From an actinobacterium SCGC AAA028-A23 (GTDB taxonomy: Bacteria > Actinomycetota > Actinomycetes > Nanopelagicales > Nanopelagicaceae), in contig KB900551.1 in the NCBI GenBank assembly GCA_000378905.1, positions 2,026-66,025 on the forward strand: DNA of 64,000 nucleotides, given 5' to 3'. How positions within the stretch are numbered: position 1 is the first letter of the stretch; the number at the start of each line of letters is the position of its first letter. Under the pieces are notes generated by a model. The model had not been told where the DNA came from. It made no database searches and saw only the letters and a list, made by a program, of their open reading frames with translations. The position numbers and the translations under genes are program-made. Of this stretch, positions 42,315 through 53,100 are shown in pieces.

Positions 42315-43351
42315 AAGCTTTTCCCATCGATTACGAACCGGTACTTAACATCACTTGCAACGGTTCTTTCATATGCTTGATTTATGTAATCAGATTTAAT
42401 TACCTCAACATCGCTGACAATGTTATGTTCTCCGCAGAAATTCAACATCTCTTGCAGCTCTGCCACTCCGCCTATCATCGAACCAGTTAAGGAACGTCTT
42501 TGATCAAGCAAGGTTCCAACATTTATGGCATAAGGCTTACCTGGTAGGCCGATTACGACCAATGTGCCATCTAGCTTTAGCAATTGCAAATATGGATCTA
42601 AATCGATATCAGCTGATATTGTATTTAAAATCAGATCAAATGATTTATACATTGGTTTAAGAGCAGTTATATCTTTAGTTACTACAAAATCATCTGCTCC
42701 CATGGCCTTTGCATCTGATTCTTTACTTGGTGAATGTGAAAATACGGTTGTATGAGCTCCCAAAGCATGAGCAAATTTAAGACCCATGTGCCCAAGTCCG
42801 CCTAATCCCATTATGCCAACTTTTTTACCTTTACCAGCACCCCAATTCTTTAGTGGAGAGTAAAGTGTGATTCCAGCGCACATTAGTGGGGCAACTCCAG
42901 ATAGATCCAAGTTAGATGGAACGTGAACTGCATAATCTTGATCAATCACAAATTTATCGCAATAACCACCAAAGGCAATAGTTTTACCATCTCGCTCGTA
43001 AGTGTTATAGGTGCCAGTCATTCCTTCAACACAATATTGCTCTAATCCCGCTGAGCAACTTGAACATTTGCGACAGGAATCAATAAAGACTCCAACTCCA
43101 ATTAGATCTCCAACTTTGAATTTGGATACCTTTGAGGCAACTTCAATTACCCGACCAACTATTTCATGCCCAGGTACCATAGGAAAAATGGCTGGACCCC
43201 ATTCTTCTCGTGCTTGATGAATATCTGAATGACAAATACCGGCATATAAAACCTCTAATGCAACATCATTGTCCTTTAGATTTCGTCGATCAAAGTTGAA
43301 TGGTTCGAGTGCCTTCTTAGCCGAAAGGGCCGCGTAACCTTTTGTTTTCAT
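42311..43351 (-). CDS. Zn-dependent NADP(H) alcohol/aldehyde dehydrogenase (CAD/AdhC family)
   Basis: GICHSD, PGHEIVG, C..C..C...C structural Zn site, GLGGLG, YRFVID. Start placed at MKTKGYA. Confidence 0.94.
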   Translation of the reverse strand: MKTKGYAALSAKKALEPFNFDRRNLKDNDVALEVLYAGICHSDIHQAREEWGPAIFPMVPGHEIVGRVIEVASKVSKFKVGDLIGVGVFIDSCRKCSSCSAGLEQYCVEGMTGTYNTYERDGKTIAFGGYCDKFVIDQDYAVHVPSNLDLSGVAPLMCAGITLYSPLKNWGAGKGKKVGIMGLGGLGHMGLKFAHALGAHTTVFSHSPSKESDAKAMGADDFVVTKDITALKPMYKSFDLILNTISADIDLDPYLQLLKLDGTLVVIGLPGKPYAINVGTLLDQRRSLTGSMIGGVAELQEMLNFCGEHNIVSDVEVIKSDYINQAYERTVASDVKYRFVIDGKSF

Positions 43352-43355
43352 GGGA

Positions 43356-43994
43356 TTAATTGTTGAAAGGTAGGGATTGTTCAGAGGCAGGATTAGAAAC
43401 TTTTGAGGTGACATTTCGCATGTGGTGTCTTCGACATAACACCTCGTATGCAACCTTTGAAGAAGTACTCACATCACCAACAACCACTTGCTCTCCTTCG
43501 GTAACCATCTTGCCATCTACTGTTCTTGCATTGTGAGTCGCACGTTCCCCACACCAGCAAAGAGCTTCAACCTGCAAGGTTTGAACACGATCCGCCAATT
43601 CCACTAAGCGGGCACTGCCAGGGAAAAGTTTTGTTCGAAAATCTGCCAAAATTCCAAAAGCGTAAACATCGATTCCTAGTCCATCAACAATTTTTGCAAG
43701 CTGTTCGATTTGTTCTGCCGTGTAGAACTGCGCTTCATCACAAATGATAAATGTGATTCGTCCACCTATTGATAATCGTTCAACAATTAGTTTGTGTATA
43801 TCTAAATCTTCATCTACTTCAAGTGCCTCAATCTGCAAGCCAAGCCTTGATGAAATCAACCCTTTGCCGGCGCGGTCTTTGCTAGTGAAGATGACTCCTT
43901 CACGACCTCTAGATCTATGGTTGTGTGCAGTTTGAAGAGCTAATGTTGATTTTCCGCTATCCATCGTGCCGCAGTAGTAAATTAATTCAGCCAT
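43356..43994 (-). CDS. tdk: Thymidine kinase (type II)
   Basis: GTMDSGKS, SRLG, DEAQF, DFR..LFPGS, CWCG...LCRRH. Confidence 0.95.
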   Translation of the reverse strand: MAELIYYCGTMDSGKSTLALQTAHNHRSRGREGVIFTSKDRAGKGLISSRLGLQIEALEVDEDLDIHKLIVERLSIGGRITFIICDEAQFYTAEQIEQLAKIVDGLGIDVYAFGILADFRTKLFPGSARLVELADRVQTLQVEALCWCGERATHNARTVDGKMVTEGEQVVVGDVSTSSKVAYEVLCRRHHMRNVTSKVSNPASEQSLPFNN

Positions 43995-43998
43995 TAGG

Positions 43999-44550
43999 TC
44001 ATTCTGCCAAGATAGTTGCTATTTTAACATCAGGATGGGCCTTGGCGATGCGTGATCTTCCCCCTAAAGCGGGAATCTCCAGTAAGAACGCGATGCAGAC
44101 GGGGTTTAATTCAGCCATCTTCAATAGATCAATGGCAGCAATAGCTGTTCCGCCAGTGGCTAGGACATCATCGATTAACAACACCCTACCTCCTGCGGGG
44201 ATTAGGTCAATGTGTATTTCCAAAGATGATTTACCGTATTCAAGATCATACATTTTAGAAATTACCTTGCCCGGCAATTTTCCCGATTTACGAATTGGGA
44301 TAAATCCTTTATTGGTTAGCGCTGCTACGGCTGATGCAAAAATAAAACCCCTAGCTTCAATGCCGGCAATGTATTCAGATTGATCGGCTATTTGTGCAAA
44401 TTGATTGCATACTTTTTTAAACTCATCAGCATTGGCTAAAAGTGGGGTGATATCTTTAAAAACAATCCCAGGCTTGGGGAAATCAGCAATAATTCGGATT
44501 AGATCATTGCCCAAAGTGCTCATAATCCAATCATATTGATTTGAGTTCAA
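43999..44550 (-). CDS. apt: Adenine phosphoribosyltransferase
   Basis: DFPKPGI.FKDITPLL, EARGF, RKSGKLP, LEYG, DDVLATGGT; start is TTG 44550 or ATG 44523. Confidence 0.96.
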   Translation of the reverse strand: MNSNQYDWIMSTLGNDLIRIIADFPKPGIVFKDITPLLANADEFKKVCNQFAQIADQSEYIAGIEARGFIFASAVAALTNKGFIPIRKSGKLPGKVISKMYDLEYGKSSLEIHIDLIPAGGRVLLIDDVLATGGTAIAAIDLLKMAELNPVCIAFLLEIPALGGRSRIAKAHPDVKIATILAE

Positions 44551-44554
44551 ATAT

Positions 44555-44641
44555 TGGTGTCCGGGAGGGGAGTTGAACCCCTAAGCCCTTGCGGGCACTA
44601 ACACCTCAAGCTAGCGCGTCTGCCAATTCCGCCACCCGGAC
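44555..44641 (-). tRNA. tRNA-Leu (GAG)
   Basis: GTCCGGG acceptor stem, TGGCGGAATTGGCAGACGC D-arm, CTAGC-TTGAGGT-GTTAG anticodon arm, long variable arm, GGGGTTCAACTCCCC T-arm, encoded CCA. Confidence 0.97.
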
Positions 44642-44704
44642 CTTTTTCCATTTTAACCTAAAGTTAATTCAAAGGAAATTGAAGATATATAGCACAATAG
44701 GCTC

Positions 44705-46024
44705 ATGGATCTAACAGCTGATCAGATACAAGAGTTAGAGAACGAAACTGTTTTGCTATGTCAAGAAATGATCCGAATACCCAGCGTTAACTATGGTGAA
44801 GGTAAGGGCGATGAAAAAGCCATGGCTGAGTATGTTGCAGCGAAGTTATCTGAGGTGGGTATTTCCTCTGATTTAATCGAAACTGCACCTAACCGAGTTA
44901 ATGTAGTTGCAAAATTTCAGGGGCGCGATCCTAGTCGCCCTGGCTTAGTGTTGCATGGCCACATAGATGTTGTTCCAGCCAATGCTGAAGATTGGTCAGT
45001 TGACCCATTCAGTGGAATTATTAAAGATGGATTCATCTGGGGACGTGGCGCGGTAGATATGAAAGATATGGATGCAATGATTTTGGCAACAGTAAGAATG
45101 TGGAAGCGGATGGATTACTTACCACCAAGAAATATATTGTTGGTTTTTTTCGCTGACGAGGAAGCTGCTGGTGATTATGGCTCTCGTTGGTTGGTAAAAA
45201 ACCGCCCAGAAATATTTGATGGCTATAGTGAAGCTGTATCTGAGGTGGGCGGATTTTCTGTCACTGTTACTGGTGACAATCGTTTGTATTTGATTGAAGC
45301 TGCGCAAAAAGGTATCCAGTGGATGAAGCTAACTGCTAAGGGGACCGCCGGTCATGGTTCTTTCATCAACCGTGATAATTCAGTAACAAAGATTTCAAAC
45401 GCTGTGGCTAAAATCGGAAATTACGAATGGCCGCAACTTGAAACAAAAACAAACGCGAAATTTTTCAAGAAATTAGCGGAGGTTACTGAACAAGAATACG
45501 ATCCTAAGGATGTATCACCATTATTGGTTCATTTAGGTAACGCAACAAAAATGATTGGTGCCACAATTTCAAATACAGCTAATCCAACAATGTTGGAGGC
45601 TGGCTATAAAGTGAATGTAATTCCACAGGAAGCATCTGCATTTATCGATGGTCGTTTTTTGCCTGGATATGAGAATCAGTTGTCCAAAACAATTAAAGAT
45701 TTAGTAGGCGAAGACATTGAAATTGAACTTCTCGCTAGAGATATAGCCCTAGAAGTTGATTTTGCAGGGCCATTAGTTGATGCGATGTGCTCCGCGATTC
45801 AGAGTGAAGATTCAACAGGAATTCCAGTTCCTTATCTAATGAGTGGCGGTACAGACAATAAAGCTTTACATGATTTAGGAATTATAGGATATGGGTTCTC
45901 TCCTTTGAAACTGCCTAAGGATTTGGATTTCTTCTCACTCTTCCACGGAGTTGATGAAAGGGTTCCAATTGATGGTTTGAAGTTTGGTGTAAGAGTCTTA
46001 GCAAATTTCTTGGATAATATTTAA
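44705..46024 (+). CDS. M20/M25/M40 metallopeptidase (ArgE/DapE-like)
   Basis: HGHIDVV, GRGAVDMK, ADEE, GGTD, HGVDER. Confidence 0.93.
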   Translation: MDLTADQIQELENETVLLCQEMIRIPSVNYGEGKGDEKAMAEYVAAKLSEVGISSDLIETAPNRVNVVAKFQGRDPSRPGLVLHGHIDVVPANAEDWSVDPFSGIIKDGFIWGRGAVDMKDMDAMILATVRMWKRMDYLPPRNILLVFFADEEAAGDYGSRWLVKNRPEIFDGYSEAVSEVGGFSVTVTGDNRLYLIEAAQKGIQWMKLTAKGTAGHGSFINRDNSVTKISNAVAKIGNYEWPQLETKTNAKFFKKLAEVTEQEYDPKDVSPLLVHLGNATKMIGATISNTANPTMLEAGYKVNVIPQEASAFIDGRFLPGYENQLSKTIKDLVGEDIEIELLARDIALEVDFAGPLVDAMCSAIQSEDSTGIPVPYLMSGGTDNKALHDLGIIGYGFSPLKLPKDLDFFSLFHGVDERVPIDGLKFGVRVLANFLDNI

Positions 46025-46963
46025 TTAAGCAGACACTTCGTTTAAAGCTTGTCTAACTTGATCAGGTAGCGTTATTTGTTCAACCGTAAGAATTCCACGC
46101 ATTTGTGCTCCAGTACGTGCGCCTATCAAGGCACTTGTAACTCCAGGTGCATCCCTAACCCAGGAGAGTGCTACCTCCAAAGGTGAATATCCCAAGCCAT
46201 CGGCTGCAACACATACCGCTTCAACAATTTGCTTTGATCTTTCAGATAAATATGGTTCAACGAAATTTGCAAAATGTGGTGAGGCACCGCGTGAATCAGA
46301 TGGAACTCCTGAGCGATATTTGCCCGTTAACACCCCTCGACCTAAAGGCGACCAAGCAAGAAAACCAAGATTCAATGCATTTGAAGCGGGTAGGACCTCT
46401 TCCTCAACTTTTCTATTCAATAGAGAATACTCATTTTGCGTGGATATTAGAGCCGCTTTGCCAAAAATAGGATTTTGCAACGTAGCAGAACGTGCTAATT
46501 GCCAACCATTAAAATTGCATACGCTTACATATCTGGCTTTTCCCGAAGCTGTTGCATAATCTAGTGCTGATAAAGTTTCTTCAAGGGGAGTGTTTTTATC
46601 CCAAGTATGAATTTGCCATAGATCTAGATATTCAACATTCAGTCTCGAAAGGGTTCGACCCAAATCAGAAATCAATTCGTTGCGGGAGTTATTAATCTGT
46701 CGGGATCCATCCTTGAGAGAAATTCCTGCTTTTGAAGCCAGGAACAATTGATCACGTTTAACCAAGGTTCCTATAAAGCCACCCAGAACTCTTTCTGCAT
46801 CACCATCTCCATAAACCGCTGCAGTATCAATTAAATTGCCACCAGCTTCAACAAAATATTGAAGTTGTTGAGCCGCTTCATTCTCATCGGTGTCTCGGCC
46901 CCAGGTCATGGTGCCTAAACCCAACCTGGAGATAGATACTCCACCCAATTTTCTGCGTTCCAT
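46025..46963 (-). CDS. Aldo/keto reductase
   Basis: GLGTMTWG, DTAAVY, LDLWQIH, QNEYSLL, WSPLGRG.LTGKY. Confidence 0.93.
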   Translation of the reverse strand: MERRKLGGVSISRLGLGTMTWGRDTDENEAAQQLQYFVEAGGNLIDTAAVYGDGDAERVLGGFIGTLVKRDQLFLASKAGISLKDGSRQINNSRNELISDLGRTLSRLNVEYLDLWQIHTWDKNTPLEETLSALDYATASGKARYVSVCNFNGWQLARSATLQNPIFGKAALISTQNEYSLLNRKVEEEVLPASNALNLGFLAWSPLGRGVLTGKYRSGVPSDSRGASPHFANFVEPYLSERSKQIVEAVCVAADGLGYSPLEVALSWVRDAPGVTSALIGARTGAQMRGILTVEQITLPDQVRQALNEVSA

Positions 46964-47012
46964 GGTTGGCAGAGTAGCAACGAGAGGGTCAAAATATCGG
47001 TAACCTTGCCAA

Positions 47013-47687
47013 ATGCCGATTGTGTATCTTCTGCGTCATGCCCAGTCCGAGGCCAATATCAAGGGAGTACTGGCTGGGCGCGATGATTCGGTAAATTTAA
47101 GTAAATATGGGCAAAAACAAGCCTTAAATCTGGTCAAATATCTAGAAAATTTAAATGTAGATCAAGTGTATTGCAGTCCGCTCGCAAGATGTATCCAAAC
47201 AATAAATCCATTTATGAAAAAGAATCCCCGAATTAGTTTTGATTTTGAACCTCAGCTGTTAGAAATGGATTATGGAACTTGGAGTGGTAAATCTCTAAAG
47301 ATTCTTAGTCGCAGCAAACAGTGGAAATTGATTCAGTCATCACCCGATAAATTTAGATTTCCTGAGGGTGAAAGCTTCAAGCAGATGCGCCTAAGAGTTG
47401 ACGCAATGATTGAAAAATTGTCAAAAGCTAAAGAGCCGGTACTCCTGGTAACTCACGGGGACATTGTCAAAATGTTTATTGCATCTGCTGTAAATGCGCC
47501 AATTAATCAATTCCAAAGTTACGTGATTGAACCAGGTTCAATAACTACATTAAATATATCTAAATCTGGACACACCGTTTTACAAACAAATTACTCTCAA
47601 AAAGAATCTAATTTCAAAGCATTCCGTACCAATATCCTTGGTGGAGGTAATTTGATCCAGGCGCATACAAAACGGAACATTAAGTAA
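47013..47687 (+). CDS. Histidine phosphatase (MSMEG_4193-like)
   Basis: LRHA, SPL.RC.QT, EMDYG.W.G, FPEGES, THGD. Confidence 0.88.
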   Translation: MPIVYLLRHAQSEANIKGVLAGRDDSVNLSKYGQKQALNLVKYLENLNVDQVYCSPLARCIQTINPFMKKNPRISFDFEPQLLEMDYGTWSGKSLKILSRSKQWKLIQSSPDKFRFPEGESFKQMRLRVDAMIEKLSKAKEPVLLVTHGDIVKMFIASAVNAPINQFQSYVIEPGSITTLNISKSGHTVLQTNYSQKESNFKAFRTNILGGGNLIQAHTKRNIK

Positions 47688-48226
47688 TGCCAAGAATTGT
47701 CTATCGTCACGATCAACCTTCGAGATTTATAGCAAGCGCGATAGGTGAACCAGGTCAACGTGAGTTTTTCTTGCAAGTTAAATCCGATGATGGAGTAAAC
47801 ACCATCGGAATTGAAAAAGGTCAGGTCATTGCATTGACGGAACGATTCGAAGAATTAATTCGAGAGATCAGGCGGGGCAAGCTGGCTTCACCGGAAGAAA
47901 TTAGTGTAAAACCATTTACAGACAACAAACCCCTGGAATTACCCATAGAGGCTGATTTTCTCGTCGGGATTATAAGTATCACCTGGGAGAGCGATCGAGT
48001 TTATGTAAATTTGCAAGCAGCTAGTCAAGATGATGAGATCTATTTAGATGATATTGACGAGGGACCAGATTTAGTTGTTGTAAAACTCAAAATCGAGCAG
48101 GTTAAAGGTTTTTGTGAACGTGCGAAAGAAATCGTTAGCGCAGGAAGACCAGCCTGTGCATTTTGCGCATTACCAATAGATCCGATGGGTCATTTATGTC
48201 CTAGGGCCAATGGATATCGGCGATGA
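47687..48226 (+). CDS. DUF3090 family protein
   Basis: GEPGQREFFLQ, EKGQV..L, AGRPACAFC..PIDP.GHLCPRANG. Confidence 0.88.
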   Translation: MPRIVYRHDQPSRFIASAIGEPGQREFFLQVKSDDGVNTIGIEKGQVIALTERFEELIREIRRGKLASPEEISVKPFTDNKPLELPIEADFLVGIISITWESDRVYVNLQAASQDDEIYLDDIDEGPDLVVVKLKIEQVKGFCERAKEIVSAGRPACAFCALPIDPMGHLCPRANGYRR

Positions 48227-48918
48227 ATTTACACTTGGAACAGATTTCTACAGCTCCTTTGAAAATCGTTGGAAGATTGGTTGATGCATCAAATGCCACA
48301 CTTCAAGCAGTGATTGAAGATAGTGATCCCTTAATAAAAGTTATCTATAAACCGATAGCCGGCGAAAAACCTTTGTGGGATTTCGAAGATGGAAATTTAG
48401 CAAGTAGGGAATTATCTGCATTTATAGTTAGTGATGAAGCAGGGTTTCAAGTTGTACCTTTCACAATCTTGCGTGATGGACCATTTGGAATAGGAATGGT
48501 TCAGCAGTGGATAGAAATTGATAATAAAGTAGATATCGTTGAATTTGGGCAGTCAGAAGATAAGCAGTTAAAGCGTTTAGCACTTTTTGATGCGGTAATT
48601 AACAATACTGATCGAAAGTTTGGGCATTTATTGTTAGATGATTCTGGAAAATTGTTTGGATGCGATCATGGCGTAGCGTTTCACAAGGAAAACAAATTAC
48701 GGACTGTATTGTGGCAATTTGCAGGTCAGGATTTTGATCAAGAAGAGATCGATCTACTGAAGACTTTGCTAAAGACTGATTGGCATGAGAAGTTATCGGC
48801 TTATCTAACGGAAGATGAGATTGGAGCTCTCAATGTAAGAATCCAAGAACTTTTTAATCAATGTAAATTTCCTCAACCTAGCCTCACTTGGCCTGCAGTT
48901 CCTTGGCCGCCGGTATAA
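48223..48918 (+). CDS. SCO1664-family PI3/4-kinase-like protein
   Basis: ASNAT, YKP..GEKPLWDF, RE, NNTDRKFGH, DHG, WPAVPWP. Confidence 0.87.
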   Translation: MNLHLEQISTAPLKIVGRLVDASNATLQAVIEDSDPLIKVIYKPIAGEKPLWDFEDGNLASRELSAFIVSDEAGFQVVPFTILRDGPFGIGMVQQWIEIDNKVDIVEFGQSEDKQLKRLALFDAVINNTDRKFGHLLLDDSGKLFGCDHGVAFHKENKLRTVLWQFAGQDFDQEEIDLLKTLLKTDWHEKLSAYLTEDEIGALNVRIQELFNQCKFPQPSLTWPAVPWPPV

Positions 48919-48934
48919 AAGTAGACTACCTCTC

Positions 48935-50158
48935 ATGAATGCCTGGCCTTCGATTTCAATCACTCCTTTCAAAGATCTGGATCTTCCGCAACTTAAGATA
49001 AAGGATTCCAATAATGACATTATTGCCATCGATTCAAAGGCAACTTTTAGAATGTATGTTTGCGGTATAACACCTTATGATGCAACTCATTTAGGTCATG
49101 CAGCAACTTATATAGCTTTTGATTTAATTAATCGATATCAAATTTTGGCTGGTTTAGATGTTCATTTCGTAGAGAACATAACCGATGTGGATGATCCATT
49201 GTTAGTAAGAGCCACACGAGACAATGTAAGTTGGCAGGATTTGGCTAACCAGCAGATCGAATTATTCAAGTCAGATATGTCTGCATTGCGAGTGATACCT
49301 CCCAAAGATTTCATAAAGGTAACTGAATCCCTACCTATAATCGAAAATTTCATCAAGAAAGTTGATAGCAACGGTTTTCTTTATTCGTTAGAGGGAGATT
49401 ATTACTTTGCGGTGTCAGAATTTTTGAGTACTTTGCCAATGACAATTGAAGAAGCAATCAAGATATTTGCTGAACGCGGGGGAGACCCAGAACGTACTGG
49501 AAAGAAACACAAACTTGATCCATTGGTTTGGAGTGCGAATGTCGGCAATGATCCAGGATGGAACTCTTCCTATGGTTATGGAAGGCCTGGTTGGCATATT
49601 GAATGCACGGCAATTGCATGTGAATATTTAGATGATGGAATTAGTGACCCAATAATCACCATACAAGGTGGTGGTTCTGATTTGATTTTTCCACACCATT
49701 TTATGAGTGCTCAAATAATTAAAGCAGCATATGGTAGAAGTTTTTCGGAGTTATTTGTTCATGCTGCGATGATCTCTTTGCAGGGAGAAAAGATGAGCAA
49801 ATCTAAAGGTAATTTAGTTTTCGTATCGAAATTACTTGAACAAGGTGTTGATCCTATGGTGATCAGATGGGCTCTACTTAAAGGTCACTATCAAAATGAT
49901 CGAAATTGGAGCGAAGACCTACTAAATCAAGCCCAAATTGAAGTAAACCAAGTAAGACAAGCGCTGGCGCAAAGTGAAGTATTTGAATCTCACCAGTTAA
50001 TTCAAGATATCGTGGTAGATCTCTCCAATAATTTAGATACCCCATCTGCACTTAAAAGATTGATCGACTGGTCGATTAAATCAAAATCTTCAGGCACAGT
50101 GAACCAAAGCGGAGCAGTGTCAAGATTTATTGATTCCACTTTAGGTTTAGCTCTTTAG
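48935..50158 (+). CDS. mshC: Cysteine--GlcN-Ins ligase MshC (mycothiol synthesis)
   Basis: MYVCGITPYDATHLGHAATY, DVDDPL, GRPGWHIEC, GGGSDLIFPHH, KMSKS; no anticodon-binding domain. Confidence 0.95.
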   Translation: MNAWPSISITPFKDLDLPQLKIKDSNNDIIAIDSKATFRMYVCGITPYDATHLGHAATYIAFDLINRYQILAGLDVHFVENITDVDDPLLVRATRDNVSWQDLANQQIELFKSDMSALRVIPPKDFIKVTESLPIIENFIKKVDSNGFLYSLEGDYYFAVSEFLSTLPMTIEEAIKIFAERGGDPERTGKKHKLDPLVWSANVGNDPGWNSSYGYGRPGWHIECTAIACEYLDDGISDPIITIQGGGSDLIFPHHFMSAQIIKAAYGRSFSELFVHAAMISLQGEKMSKSKGNLVFVSKLLEQGVDPMVIRWALLKGHYQNDRNWSEDLLNQAQIEVNQVRQALAQSEVFESHQLIQDIVVDLSNNLDTPSALKRLIDWSIKSKSSGTVNQSGAVSRFIDSTLGLAL

Positions 50159-50198
50159 ATCGGTATGTTGGCTATATAAGTAAGGTAAACTAACCTAA

Positions 50199-53100
50199 AT
50201 GAATTCCCTTCGCGAGGCTCTTAATAAGCGAGTGGTTATAGCTGATGGCGCTATGGGAACTATGCTTCAAAATCAAAACCCTACCCTGGCAGATTTTGAA
50301 AATCACGAGGGTTGTAATGAAATTTTAAATGTAACTAGACCCGATATCGTTAAAGCGGTTCATGTTGAATATTTGAATGCAGGAGTAGATGCAATTGAAA
50401 CAAACACTTTTGGAGCAAATTTTGCGAACTTAGCTGAGTACGGAATAGAAGATAGAATTTTTGAGCTTTCTTTGGCTGGTGCAAAAATAGCCCGAGAGGC
50501 AGCAGATGAGTTTTCAACACCAGGTAATCTTCGTTGGGTATTGGGTTCGCTAGGACCTGGAACCAAGCTGCCTACTCTTGGTCATACAACTTATCAAAAT
50601 CTCAAGGATGCCTATGCAACAGCATCTAAGGGTTTAATTGAAGGTGGTGTCGATGCGCTGCTTATTGAAACAACACAGGATCTATTGCAAGCAAAGGCTG
50701 CGATAAATGGGGCTCGAGAAGCAATAAAACTTTCGAAAAAAGATGTCGTATTGATTGCACAGGTTACTGTTGAAACTAACGGCACAATGTTGATGGGATC
50801 TGAGATCGGTGCTGCACTGAATGCACTTGAACCATTGGGTATCGATTTAATCGGTCTTAACTGTGCAACAGGACCTGCGGAAATGAGCGAGCATTTACGG
50901 GTGTTGAGCAAAGGAGCAGCGGTAGGAATTTCAGTTATGCCCAATGCAGGTCTACCTGTTTTAGGTAAAAATGGAGCACATTATCCTTTAACGCCAATTG
51001 AATTGGCATCCTCGTTGAAGCAATTTGTAACTGATTACCGAGTAAATCTCATTGGTGGTTGCTGCGGTACAACGCCAGCCCATATGAAGGAAGTGGTTAA
51101 ACAAATTCATGGAACAGAAAATTCAAATCGCAGTATTATTCGTGAAATTGGTGCATCGTCGTTATATCAGTTCGTTGGGTTTAAGCAAGACAATACCTAT
51201 TTGGCTATCGGCGAAAGAGCTAACGCAAATGGGTCGAAGGCGTTTAAAGAAGCCCTACTGAGAGAAGATTGGCAAAGCTGTGTAGAAATAGGTCGAGATC
51301 AAATACGAGATGGCGCACATATGCTTGATCTATCAGTTGATTATGTTGGTCGCGATGGAGTGGCTGATATGAAAGAGCTTGCTTTTAGATTTGCAACTAC
51401 TTCAACATTGCCGATCGTGTTGGATTCCACTGAACCAGCGGTTTTGAAAGCTGGATTAGAGCAACTGGGCGGAAGGTCGGTGATTAATTCTGTTAATTTC
51501 GAAGATGGAGATGGCGAATCATCTAGATTTGCAAAGATTATGCCTTTGGTAGTTGAACACGGAGCGGCAGTCATTGCGCTGACAATTGATGAACAAGGGC
51601 AGGCTCGAGATGCTGATTGGAAACTCAGAGTATCTAGAAGATTGGTGAATGATTTAACTGGTAAATGGGGAATGCGTACCTGCGATATTTTGATTGATTG
51701 CCTCACGTTTCCAATCGCAACCGGGCAAGAAGAGACCCGAAAAGATGGAATTGAAACATTAAAAGCTATAAGGCTATTAAAGGAAGAATTTCCAGAGGTT
51801 CAAACAACTTTAGGTGTGAGTAATATTTCCTTTGGTCTAAATCCTGCGGCGCGTATAGTTTTAAACTCAGTATTCTTAGCTGAAGCTGTTAAAGCTGGGC
51901 TGGATTCAGCAATAGTGCATCCATCGAAGATAACCCCAATGAATCGTATAGCTCCTGAACAATTGAAAGTTGCTCTGGATTTAGTTTACGACAGGCGCGA
52001 ATATGATCAATCAGGCGAGATAACTTATGACCCATTAAATAAATTCTTGGAATTGTTTGAAAATGTTCAAGTTCACTCATCCAAAGAAAGTAGGGCGGCT
52101 GAATTGGCTGCTTTGCCATTAGAGGAGAGATTACAACGCAGAATTATCGATGGTGAAAAAGTAGGTTTGCCAGAGGATTTGCAAACTGCTTTAGCTTCTG
52201 GAATTCCAGCTTTAACGATTATTAATGATTATCTTCTGTCTGGTATGAAAACTGTGGGTGAATTATTTGGCAAAGGGGAAATGCAATTACCTTTCGTGTT
52301 GCAATCTGCAGAGGTTATGAAAACAGCTGTGGCATACCTTGAACCTCACATAGAGAAAACTGATGATAAGGGTAGGGGAAAAATTTTGTTAGCCACCGTT
52401 AAAGGTGATGTTCATGATATAGGTAAGAATTTAGTAGATATTATTTTGTCCAATAATGGTTACGACACAGTTAATATCGGCATTAAACAAACGGTTAATG
52501 AGATTATTGATGCGGCACTAAAGAACGATGTGGATGTAATTGGAATGTCTGGTTTATTGGTCAAATCAACAGTAATTATGAAAGAGAATTTACAGGAGTT
52601 AGAAAACAGGGGAATGGCAGAGAAATGGCCGATCGTACTTGGTGGTGCTGCATTAACACGGTCTTATGTGGAACAGGATTTGAGTGAACAATTTCCTGGA
52701 ACTGTCAGATATGCAAAGGATGCATTCGAAGGATTAAAATTAATGGATCTATTAATGGGAATTAAGAAAGGTGTAGCGGGAGTTGAACTGCCCCCTTTAA
52801 AACCACGTAGAACTGCAAAGCGTGAAATCGGATTGGTACAGGAGATCGATCTTGTAAGAAGTGATGTTTCTGATCTTGCCCCGGTTCCGGTTGCACCATT
52901 TTTTGGTTCAAAAGTTGTAAAAGGTATTGCGCTTGCAGATTATGTTCAAATGCTTGATGAACGAGCTTTGTTTTTGGGTCAATGGGGATTGAAAGGCAAA
53001 AATTTTGAAGAGATGGCAGAACAGCAAGGGCGGCCACAGTTAAGAAGTTTATTGAACGAGGTTCAATCTAAAGGTTGGTTGAATTCTGCGGTCGTGTATG

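Noticed and set aside
43352-43453. N-terminal extension of the alcohol dehydrogenase overlapping tdk (likewise extended starts for DUF349, carB, ung, DUF554 and the ABC ATPase)
   Set aside because: Longest-ORF artefacts; family homology and start signals begin at downstream starts.
44500-44704. tRNA-Leu as a possible integration site or island boundary
   Set aside because: No integrase, no duplicated tRNA 3' end and no evident compositional shift; neighbours are housekeeping genes.
48935-50158. CysRS-like protein as a truncated cysteinyl-tRNA synthetase
   Set aside because: Length, motifs and context identify it as MshC.
50159-50198. SAM/SAH/cobalamin riboswitch before metH (or metK), or T-boxes before hisS/aspS/alaS
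   Set aside because: The gaps are 40 nt or less, metH and metK look leaderless, and no consensus motifs are visible.
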